Notes under the pieces: model-generated
Told to the model about the DNA's origin: nothing
The model's input: only the letters and a program-made list of their open reading frames with translations
The model's database searches: none
Shown here: positions 1 through 10,104 of the stretch, one piece after another
How positions within the stretch are numbered: position 1 is the stretch's first letter
Layout: the number at the start of each line of letters is the position of its first letter
Assembly (NCBI GenBank): GCA_052327205.1
Contig: CM126202.1
Coordinates: 444,168,001 to 444,232,000 of the forward strand
Origin: Somniosus microcephalus
Lineage: Eukaryota
Length of the DNA stretch: 64,000 nt
Reading direction: 5' to 3'
Translations under genes and position numbers: made by a program

Positions 1-790
1 AGTCCCGCCTCCATTGACATCTGGCCAACCCACGCTATTTTCCCTTGAACGACCTTGTTAAGCCCGTCCAACGGGTTTAGCAGGCCAATTAAGGGAAAGC
101 CAGTTACAGAGAACATCAATGTATGACATTTCATCTGTCAAAAAATTTTGACAGATGAATTGTCATCGTTTGACAGCTCGGTGAAGCTGTCAAACACTGA
201 CATTCTCTGTAGTTTGATGAGTTCTTCAATTCAATACCTCATTAAACCTCTTTCTTTAGCAGAAATTAGATGGCTGTTGCATTGGAGAATGCAGCAGCCA
301 TCTCTCATTTCTGCCGTGGAGGTGCGAGACTCTCCGCATACCCAACGTTTGAAGCCTGCAGGAAGAAACAAAGGTAAGTAAACATTTTCTATCACTTTCC
401 ACTCACCTCACATACTCACCTCTCCACACTTGCACCCATCACTTACCTTCGCAGCTCACTTTTGCACCCTTCTGACCCCCCGCAGACCCACTGCTCGTCT
501 CGGTGACACTGGCGGGGTTTGCAGCCTGCGGGAAGCCTGCACTTGTGTGGGTAAAATGGGGAGAATCCTCTTATCTGCCTGTTAACTACCTGTTAACAGG
601 CAGTTAAGTGGCTGTAATCCCCTTCCCGCCTCCAAGGAGATGGGACCCGGCGCGGGTCGGCTACCCGCCTCCTGGCAAGATGGCACGGAGGCAGGTTGGG
701 GGCGGGATGGGCACCCGCCCCCAGATTCTGCCATTTTCCCGGCAGTCCCACCTCCAAACCCGCCTCCCCAGGGCTGGCAAGATCGCGCCC
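1..790. mobile_element. Right-hand part of a degenerate non-autonomous Harbinger-like DNA element (left end outside window)
   Basis: End ...CCTCCAAACCCGCCTCCCCAGGGCTGGCAAGATCGCGCCC (to 790) resembles the right end of the element at 38656-40421 (...CCTCCGAACCCGCCCTCTGAGCGCCGGCAAAATTCAGCCC). The partner TIR cannot be seen. Confidence 0.45.
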
Positions 791-1245
791 ATAGAATCAC
801 AGGAATTTACGGCACAGAAGGAGGCCAATCGGCCCATCGTGTCTGTGCCGGCCGAATGAGCTGTCCAGCCTAATCTCACTTATGAGCTCTTGGTCCATAG
901 CCTCGTAGGTAACGGCACTTCAAGTGCACATCCAAGTACTTTTTAAATGTCTGCCTCTACCACCCTTTCAGGCAGAGTTCCAGACCCCCACTACCCTCTG
1001 GGTGAAAAACCTTCTCCTCAACTCCCCTCTAATCGTTCGACCAATTACTTTAAATCTATGCCCCCTGGTTATTGACCTCTCTGCTAAGGGAACTAGGTCC
1101 GTCCTATCCACTCTGTCTAGGCCCCTCATAATTTTATACACCTCAATTAAATCTCCCCTCAGCCTCCTCTGTTCCAAAGAAAACAAACCCCAGCCTATCC
1201 AATCTTTCCTCAGAGCTAAAATTCTCCAGTCCTGGCAACATCATG
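791..1245 (-). mobile_element. CR1 LINE 3' fragment
   Basis: ORF 968..1186 (-) FSLEQRRLRGDLIEVYKIMRGLDRVD...FFTQRVVGVWNS is the CR1 ORF2 C-terminus; 3' UTR and ATTCTAT-type tail near 791. Confidence 0.9.
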
Positions 1246-1602
1246 CCAGGAACCCTCTGGAAAAAAAAAAGATGATTTATCCATTTGTGATCCACAGTCC
1301 AGTCAGGCATGACAGCACTAGTATTTCACCAGATCATTCACTGAGCGGGAGTGAGCTGGCTGTTGTCAGAGCCTTTATTCTTGCGGAGAAGCATGATTGC
1401 CCCCACAAGTATTTACTTCAACACCAGTCTCCCAGATTTATTTTATTCTAGGTATTAACAGTGTCTCTTTTTCCATTTTGGCTTTACTCGTGGTAATTTT
1501 TCAAAAACAAAGCGGGGTGGCTGTGCTTTGATGTATACTCTTTTTTACTTTGTGCACCATCTGCCAGCTCAGATATAGCTCAGCCAGATGCACGGAAACA
1601 TT

Positions 1603-1844
1603 AATACAATAGCAAAATACTGCGGATGCTGGAAACCTGAAATAACAACAGAAAACGCTGGAAAAACTCAGCAGGCCAGACAGCATTCATGGAGAGAGAA
1701 ACAGAGTTAACATTTCAGGTTGAAGGCCTTTCGTCAGAACTGACAGTTCTGATGAAAGGTCTTCGACCTGAAACGTTAACTCTGTTTCTCTCTCCACGGA
1801 TGCTGCCTGGCCTGCTGAGTTTTTCCAGCGTTTTATGTTGTTAG
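1603..1844. mobile_element. Non-coding Penelope-like pseudo-LTR palindrome with 14-bp TSD
   Basis: Inverted arms about 1642-1741 and 1745-1843; flanked by direct repeat TGCACGGAAACATT (1589-1602, 1845-1858); same sequence as the pseudo-LTRs next to the GIY-YIG ORF at 53782-54767. Confidence 0.85.
1745..1781 (+). ncRNA. Minimal type I hammerhead ribozyme motif
   Basis: AGTT-CTGATGA-A-AGGTC(TTC)GACCT-GAAA-CG-TT-AACT: catalytic core CUGAnGA/GAAA, 5-bp stem II, 4-bp stem I, palindromic (AACGTT) stem III. Confidence 0.8.
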
Positions 1845-1881
1845 TGCACGGAAACATTGTCTGTTTCCAAGCTCCGACAAT

Positions 1882-3758
1882 GGCCCCGATTTTCGGACAG
1901 CTGTCGGGCGGCTTTTCATGCGGCCGTGGTCCGAAAATCGCAGAAAAAGCAGGTCGGGACCCCCCCCGCCTGATTCCCCGCCCCATCTGACTTTCGGACC
2001 GCCGTTTCCACGCGCCCCGCTTCAGTCCCGCCCGCCGCTGGCAGGACTGCTCGTCGGAGCACTAATCACCAATGATCACCTTGTTAAGGGCGATTTTCCC
2101 GTGCGTTGCGACTTTGGGGCTTTCCCCACCTGAAACCCGCCTGTGGAGAACCCCGCCGATGAGAGCTGGCGTGAAAACAGCTGGCTTGCTTGCTTGCAGC
2201 AGCAGGTCGCTGAGGGCTGAAGATATTTAAAGAGGCAGCATTTGCAGGCTGCAGGACCTTGTTGATCCAGGCTTGGGGGAACTATTTGAAGCCTGAGGAG
2301 CAGCTGCAGAAAGTTGGAGCTTCTCACACTTCTTCAGTGTGAGCTCCTGGAAAGCCCCTCTCACCACCCTAACTCAGGACCTCCTCAACCGAGGCATCTG
2401 CTAGAAGCATGGGAGGCCTTTGGCACCTTCCTTTCCTGGCATTAGAGGATCTCCAACAGCAGAGGTGGCAGCAGCAGAACCAGGAACAGCAGGATGATTA
2501 CCAGGAGCACCAGGCTGCTGCTCACTCACCTGAAGCTGCACAAGCCAGAAGGGGCCAGCACTTGGAAGTGGCTTGAGAGCACCTTGCTGCGCTTTAGGGG
2601 GCCAGTGGGAACCCGTTTCTGCACTGGCAGTCCTACTCAGAAGGACTTCCATGAAGATCTGGTTTCTCTGTTCAACAGATGGCCAACGCTCCTCAAGAGA
2701 TGTCATTCTCTTATGAGCACTCACCATGTTTTCCGTATGCTGGCGAGTTATCTCCTCCATGGAGGTTGCCAACCTTTCCATGGTGCTGTGTTCATGCACC
2801 AATGACTCCACAAAGGCTCTGCTCATGGTCGCTATGGACTCCTCCATTCGCTCCACACTCGCAGCGACCCTGGAGACAAAACCTGCCAGAGACTCCTGCA
2901 TCTGTGCATGGAGATCCATCACCTCTTCTCTTGCGGATGGACCCAGAGGCAGAGGGTCGAGATGCAGCGCAGCTGAGCTGAGCTGGCAGAGCCCTGCGCC
3001 CTCTGACGAGGACTCTCCACTGCTGTCCCTGTCTCCAGAATCTGCTGCGGCTCACTTGTCAGCTGTGAAACACCAGGTGACAACACTGCTCTATGTCCCA
3101 AAGGTCCCCCCGAGGTGTGAGTGCCTGCGCTGGTGCCGGGTGCGCTTACCCGGACGCTGCACCCTCAGAGGTTGGAGCTTCCTCTGAGGAGTCTGGCTGC
3201 ACAGCCTCTTCCTCCTCCACAGTGAGGACGGGGGCTCTGGATGGTACTGTGGGGGAGTAAAGGAAGGAGTTACAGATGTAATGCCAAGGTTCCTCTGGTG
3301 ACTCCAAGCGAGTTGGCATCTGCTGACACCTGCATCCATGCAGCATTGGTCTCAGTGGGAGGCCTCTTCCTCCCTGACCTAGGGAAGAGGACCTCCCTGT
3401 GGGCCCTAACCCCATCCAATAATGCCTGCAGTGAAGCCTCGTCAAATTTGAAGGCAGCTCGGGGTCTGGCACTGGCCACAGCTGCTGCAGGCTCCTCTGC
3501 CATCCTGTATGGTTCATTTGGAAGCCTTCAGAGGATGCAGTGCTTGCCATGGACCTTGAAAGCACCACGAATGACGACATCATACTGTGGGGATTTCTGA
3601 CTCGATTTAGACAATTAGCAAGGCTTCCCACATGCTGGGAATTAATTGGCCAATTGAGGGAAAATTGCGTGGGGCTGGCTGACACTTTCTTATGTGTGTC
3701 AGAAACCCCACATTCGGGGAAATCCGACCATTTCCCACACAAGCCGAAAATCGGGGCC
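1882..3758 (-). mobile_element. Non-autonomous PIF/Harbinger element retaining only a broken Myb/SANT-like gene
   Basis: Perfect 15-bp TIR GGCCCCGATTTTCGG (1882-1896 / 3744-3758); AAT TSD (1879-1881, 3759-3761); no transposase sequence seen inside. Confidence 0.88.
2401..3503 (-). pseudogene. Harbinger Myb/SANT-like DNA-binding protein remnant
   Basis: 3270..3503 RAAFKFDEASLQALLDGVRAHREVLFPRSGRKRPPTETNAAWMQV matches exon 1 of the Myb gene at 35526; 2401..2922 matches the coiled-coil C-terminus at 33747..34286. The end of exon 1 and exon 2 are missing. Confidence 0.8.
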
Positions 3759-4106
3759 AATATGTCTCAGCCTCCACGCGCCCCCCCCCCCACCATTTCA
3801 CATGAGCACCTCCTACTGGTTGAGTATGAAACTTTTCCTTCCCTTACACCAGCCATCCATATGGCATGTGTGAGATTGCCTTATCAGTGCAGAACTTTGG
3901 GCAGATTTTGTTGTGTGACACTGTGCCACGGCACCCAGTAGAAACCACAAAAAACTCACTTCACTCAAGGCCCTGAGAGAGAGAGAGAGAGAGAGAGACT
4001 TCCATCCCATTATCCTGGGCTGGATTAAATTCCAGCTGGCAGAGTTGAAAGGGCAGTGCAGTAACCCACTACTGTTTAGAAGAATGAGAGGTGATTTATA
4101 GAAACA

Positions 4107-4809
4107 CTAGCTGGGGGAGCCCGGCTTTGCCAGGGCTGTTTTGGGCCGGGCGGTTTAAATCGAGTCCCAGGCTTTGGGGCCTCTCTGTGTCCCTCTGTGA
4201 ATGTGGTGCCGGGCAACATTTTAAATTGAGTCCCAGGCTTTTGGGCCCTGTCTCTGTGTCCCTCTCTCAATCTGCTGCCGGGCAACATTTCTACCTTTTA
4301 ATACCTTGAAAGATGAAAGTGAAAGTACTTATAAAACGTTTTTGGTAAATCTTATGTTATTTTTAAAAGAGATACTAACTTTTTCGAAGGTGGATGAGCA
4401 GATTTTGAGCTGGAAGTAAATGGAGTTTTTAGCTTGAGGCAATGGCTGCCAGATCCCTGAGATGAAAACGCAGACAGACGCAGCGATTGGCCAACCATCA
4501 GGCGACTGAACTGTAGGATTGGTCAATGGTGATGGCACAGGATTGGTCGAACCTTGACGTCAGTCAATCAATGCTAATTAGCAGATAATGAGTTTAATTT
4601 TGAAGGTTTTTTGGATAAGGCGCGAACAATTTTCGTCCGACCGAAAAGTAAATATGCTTACGACCGTCCCGGAACCGTAAGCTTTCTTTGGAGGTAACGC
4701 ACGCGTAGATACGCTCTATATCTTTTGAGCGCATAGCCGGAGAGACGCACACCGGAGGACAGACAGACAGACAGACAGACAGATCGATCCTTTTATATAT
4801 ATAGATAGA
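4107..4809 (-). mobile_element. Non-autonomous Helitron
   Basis: On the - strand: 5' TCTATCTATATATATAAAAG followed by (TCTG)n; 3' hairpin GCCCTGGC-AAA-GCCGGGC, 8-nt spacer, terminal CTAG. Inserted between A and T without a TSD in a CR1 (TAGAAACA)n tail. Confidence 0.8.
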
Positions 4810-5187
4810 TAGAAACATAGAAGATAGGAGCAGGAGTAGGCCATTCGGCCCTTCGAGCCTGCTCCGCCATTCAATGAGATCATGGCTGATCATCCAAATT
4901 CAGTACCCTGTCCCTGCCTTCTCCCCATATCCCTTGATCCCTTTAGCCTCAAGAAATATATCCAACTCTTTCTTGAATATATTTAATGAACTGGCCTCCA
5001 CTGCCCTCTGTGGCAGAGAATTCCACAGGTTCACCACTCTCTGGGTGAAGAAGTTCCTCCTCATTTCTGTCCTAAATGGCTTACCCCTTATCCTTAGACT
5101 ATGACCCCTGGTTCTGGTCTCCCCGACCATCCGAAACATCCTTCCTGCATCTAGTCTGTCCAGACCTGACAGAATTTTATAGGTTTC
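4810..5187 (-). mobile_element. CR1 LINE 3' end (continues at 10105 beyond the Gypsy insertion)
   Basis: ORF 4900..5139 ...RTRGHSLRIRGKPFRTEMRRNFFTQRVVNLWNSLP...GTGY*; CR1 3' UTR and (TGTTTCTA)n-type tail. Confidence 0.93.
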
Positions 5188-5389
5188 TGTGGTGTATGTG
5201 CCTTTAAGAGCAATTATGGTGTATGTGCCTTTAAGAGCCCCAGGTGTGCGTAATGCCGGTAATTGCCACTTGGGCTATATAAGCCTGTGTATTGTGTATA
5301 TCCTTTAGAAACCCCCGGCAGACTTGCTCAGTAAATACCTATGAACCAACTCCTGTCTTCAGTGTCTTTATCTACACACGGACACTACA
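5188..5389 (+). repeat. 5' LTR of Gypsy copy A
   Basis: Direct repeat of 9903-10104; internal 22-bp duplication TGGTGTATGTGCCTTTAAGAGC; TATATAA and AGTAAA signals. Confidence 0.95.
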
Positions 5390-5825
5390 GTGGCGACGAA
5401 GTGGAAACGGACTTACCTGCAATTTGGCAGCACCTCAAGGACATCGATTCCTCCAGCGTCCAGAAGACTCAAGGAAGTAAGAGAAACTGTGGTTTCACCA
5501 GCTGGCCAAGCTGGTGACAGGTACTGCGCTAATCCTTCCTGGGCGTCAGGCTGGAGCTCCAGCGGCGGGCTCTACAGCTGAGACAGGCAGCGAAATTGGA
5601 GGCAAGCAATAACGGACTGGGAGGGTGCACTTGAGAGACGGCCGGCGCGGCAAGCAGGTCAGCGTTTAGACCTCCGTCGGGAACGAGTCTCCAACAGTGA
5701 ATAAACGGAAACCACAGTAAAACAGCGTTGTTATCGGTAGCAGTGGCGGGAAAGCGCGGGAAGCGCCATATCGTTGCTACAGAGAGAAAAAAAAAAAGCG
5801 CGGGAAGCGCCATATCTTTTCTGAA

Positions 5826-8800
5826 ATGCCTAAATCTGGTAATATTGAGGCTTTTGATGGCGAAATAGAAGATTGGACCACATACGTGGAAAGAGTAGAG
5901 GTTTATTGCACTGCAAATGGAATAACAGATGAAAAAAAAGCTTCAGTACTTCTGAACTTAATGGGCGCGAAGACATACGGGCTGTTACGAAATTTAATCA
6001 CTCCAGCCAAACCAAAGGACAAGACTTTTAAAGAAATTGTTGATACCCTGCAGGAGCATTTAAACCCAACACCGCTGCTGATAGCGGAACGATTCAAGTT
6101 CTTCAAGAGAAATCAACACAAGAATGAAAGTAACGCTGATTACCTAAACGAATTAAGAAAGCTATCAAAGTACTGCCAATTCGGAGCAGGACTATCGGAT
6201 TATCTTCGAGACAAATTTGTTTGCGGTCTCTTAAGTGAAGGAACACAAAAAAGACTGCTTTCTGAAAAAGATTTAACATTGGACAAAGCTTTCAGTATGG
6301 CTGTATCATACGAAGCAGCAGCAAAAGGAGCTGCAGAGATACAACAAGAGACACAGGACTTCGGCACCCATAAAATGACACAGGAGTTCGGAAGATGTTA
6401 TCGCTGCGGCAGATCCACCCATAACCAGAGGGACTGCTGGTTCAAGGGCAAAGCATGCAGGCAATGTGGTAAGATTGGACACATTGCACGGGTATGCCAA
6501 TCTGGACAAAATAAATCCACTGACAGAAAACAAAAAATCAATAAAGAAAAGTACAGGAAGGTACAAATGATGACAGACAATAGCTCCGAAGATCAGAATA
6601 GCGATAGCGACTCCGGAAACAAGAGACTAAGCTGTCTCAAATTACATAATGAACTTGCCAAAGAGGATTACCAAACCATTTGGGTTACCCTCACAATAGC
6701 AGGGTCCCCAGTTAAAATGGAGCTAGATACAGGATCAGCTCTAACCGTAATAAATCGACGAGATTACGAGAGGCTATTTTCGCATATACCTCTAAAAGAC
6801 ACATCCATTATCTTAAAAACATATACGGGGCAGAAAGTCTACCCCAAAGGAAAAATAAGGGTGCCTGTGGTATACAACGGCAAAGAAATACAAAAGTTGT
6901 ATTTATACATTCTACAAGATGGTGGTCCACCATTGTTGGGACGTGAATGGATAAGGAAGATACGTTTAGACTGGCACTCCATTCAGGCACTGACGGTGAC
7001 CAGTAAGGAAAAAAACAATGATGACATCATACCTGAACGATTAAAAGACATCTTGGCCAACGCCAAAGAAGTGTTTCAAGAGAAACTAGGAACCTTGAAA
7101 GGCATCACCGCCTCAATAAAAGTGGAAGATACAGCAATTCCAAAATTTTTTAAGGCAAGACCGGTGCCATACGCAATACGTCCGGCAGTCGAGGCAGAGC
7201 TGAAGAATTTGGAAAAGGCCGGCGTATTATCCAAAATAGATTGGAGCGAATGGGCAACACCCATCGTTCCAGTCATGAAAAAAACATTGAAAAATAACTC
7301 TGAGGAACAGAAAAAAATTTGCATCTGTGGGGACTTTAAGGTGACTGTAAACCTGGTCCTTCACACGGTACAGTATCCTCTTCCGAGGATAGAAGATATT
7401 TTCGCCTCACTATCCGGAGGGAAACGTTTCACAAAAATTGACTTGGCACAAGCATATCTACAGATGGAGGTTGAGGAGACCTCTAAAAAGTATCTCACAA
7501 TAAACACACACAAAGGCCTGTACCAGTGCAATCGACTGGTTTTTGGAATAGCATCAGCTCCAGCTATCTGGCAAAGAGCTATGGAGCAAGTCCTGCAAGG
7601 GATTCCGGGGACTCAATGCTACCTAGACGACATCCTTATAACAGGAGAAAACGACAACGAGCACCTTGCCAATTTGGAGCAGTTGCTCACTAGGCTGAAA
7701 GAACGGGGCCTACGAGCAAATCGCCCCAAGTGCGAATTTTTCCAAAATCAGATATCATATTGTGGCCACATAATTAATAAGGAAGGGTTGCATAAGTCAC
7801 CTGAAAAAATTGAAGCAGTTATAAAAGCCCCAGCACCTGAAAATGTTTCACAATTAAGGTCATTCCTGGGATTAATAAATTACTATCATAAATTTTTACC
7901 GAACTTATCAACTATTCTACAGCCTCTTAATGATCTTCTACAGACAGGAGTGATTTGGAAATGGAACGAAGACTGTAAACGTGCCTTCCATAAATGTAAA
8001 GACTTAATCACATCCGAGAAAATTTTGGCTCATTACAACCCATCACTACTAATCAGACTGGCGTGCGATGCATCCCCTTACGGCATAGGAGCGGTATTGT
8101 CCCATAGATTCCCTGATGGCTCGGAACGGCCGATAGCTTTTGCGTCACGCTCATTGAACTCAGCTGAGCGTAACTATGCCCAGATAGACAGGGAAGCACT
8201 CAGCCTGGTATGGGGAGTGAAGAAATTCAACCATTACCTACACGGACAAAAATTTACCTTGCTGACTGACCATCAACCCCTCATCTCCATATTCAACCCT
8301 AAAAAAGGTGTCCCCATTATGACGGCACAAAGACTACAGAGGTGGTCCCTTTTTCTAGGGGCACACCAATACAACATTGAATACAAAGGGTCAAAACAGC
8401 ATGGGAATGCTGACGGTTTATCACGCCTACCGTTGCCAACGATAGAAGAGGCACCTACAGTAGACCCAGTAGAGATATTCCACTCTACCATAGTGGAATG
8501 TCTACCGGTGACAAATTCTGCCATTGAAAGGGAGACAAGAAATGACCCTACTCTCTCACGGGTCTACGATTTAACAGTGAAGGGATGGCCAGCACATGGC
8601 GAACCACTGTTGCCAGCATTCTCGCAAAGAAGAGAACAACTGTAAGTGTGCTGAGGAACCTTGGTGTGTGGATCCAGAGTGGTGATTCCACCCAAACTCC
8701 AGGATAAAGTACTAAAGGAGCTTCACGAGGGGCATCTGGGTGGAGTGAAAATGAAGAACCTAGCTAGGGCGTTTGTATGGTGGCCAGGTATCGATGGAGA

Positions 8801-9812
8801 CATCGAAGACATGACCAAGAGCTGCCTAGGATGCCAGTAGGTCCAAAATGCTCCGCCACAGGCCCCTCTATATCCATGGGAGTGGCCCTCATCTCCCTGG
8901 CAAAGGGTGCACATCGACTTTGCTGGTCCATTTATGGACTCAATGTTCTTAATCGCAGTTGATGCACACTCCAAGTGGCCGGAGGTAATAAAGATGCCCT
9001 CCACCACCACGGAAAAAACCATCACAGTATTAAGGACCATATTTGCCAGGAATGGGCTGCCGGAGCAGATATGTTCTGATAATGGACCGCAATTTGTGTC
9101 CGAAGAATTCAGAAAGTTCTTAAAGAACAATGGGGTAAAGCACTACACGTCCGCCCCATACCATCCCGCCACCAATGGATTGGCTGAAAGGTTTGTCCAG
9201 ACCTTCAAGAAGGCCATCAAGGCCATGGGTAATGAAGACATAAAACTTCACCACAAGGTGGATAACTTCTTATTTGCATATAGGAATGCAACGCATATGG
9301 TTACTAACCAAACTTCCGCCATGATGTTCTACAATAGAAACCTAAGATGCCGGCTGGATTTGGTCAAGCCCAACATCCGAAGGGACGTGGAGAACCGGCA
9401 GTTTCAGGGCATGAATGAAAGGCCAACTAGGGCCTTCCAGATAGGCCAACCGGTTTTGGCCCGGGACTACCGTACCGAGAAATGGCAGCCTGGAACTATC
9501 TGCACACGTTTAGGACCACTGATGTATACCGTGGACATCGGAGACAGCATAATAAAGCGCCATGCTGACCAAATCATCAAGTCATCCGAAAAGGGACAAC
9601 CTACACCACCACTCTATACATCTAACGATGAAGTAGAGATACCCATATCTACCTCCGATCCGGTGATACTGGAGCCCGATGAACCCGACACTGGCCTTCA
9701 AGCCGAATCAGCCTTGCCAGAAGAACCTACTACACCACCAGAAACTACTACACCCCCGAGGCATTATCCGGACCGAGTCAGGAAGCCTCCTGAGAGACTA
9801 ACTTATAATTAA
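5826..9812 (+). pseudogene. Single-frame gag-pol (Gag with two CCHC knuckles, protease, RT, RNase H, integrase) with three in-frame stops
   Basis: CYRCGRSTHNQRDC and CRQCGKIGHIARVC; LDTGS; YLDD; CDAS...TDHQPL; integrase HIDFAGP, SDNG, NGLAER. Stops TAA 8643, TGA 8652, TAG 8838; ORFs 5826 and 8907 are in the same frame. Confidence 0.95.
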
Positions 9813-9902
9813 TTAATACAGCAATGTATATTATTTTGCATATAACATGTAATTAATAATTACTTAAAATATGATGTACTAGTTAGCTAGAAGGGGAGGA
9901 AT

Positions 9903-10104
9903 TGTGGTGTATGTGCCTTTAAGAGCAATTATGGTGTATGTGCCTTTAAGAGCCCCAGGTGTGCGTAATGCCGGTAATTGCCACTTGGGCTATATAAGCC
10001 TGTGTATTGTGTATATCCTTTAGAGACCCCCCCCAGACTTGCTTAGTAAATACCTATGAACCAACTCCTGTCTTCAGTGTCTTTATCTACACACGGACAC
10101 TACA
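9903..10104 (+). repeat. 3' LTR of Gypsy copy A
   Basis: Direct repeat of 5188-5389, preceded by the polypurine tract. Confidence 0.95.

Larger units (their letters stand above)
5188..10104 (+). mobile_element. Full-length Ty3/Gypsy (Mag-like) LTR retrotransposon, copy A
   Basis: 202-bp LTRs TG...CA at 5188-5389 and 9903-10104 (4 differences by eye); PBS TGGCGACGA at 5391 (complementary to the tRNA-Ser(GCU) 3' end); polypurine tract AGAAGGGGAGGAA 9889-9901; TSD GTTTC/GTTTT. Confidence 0.97.
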
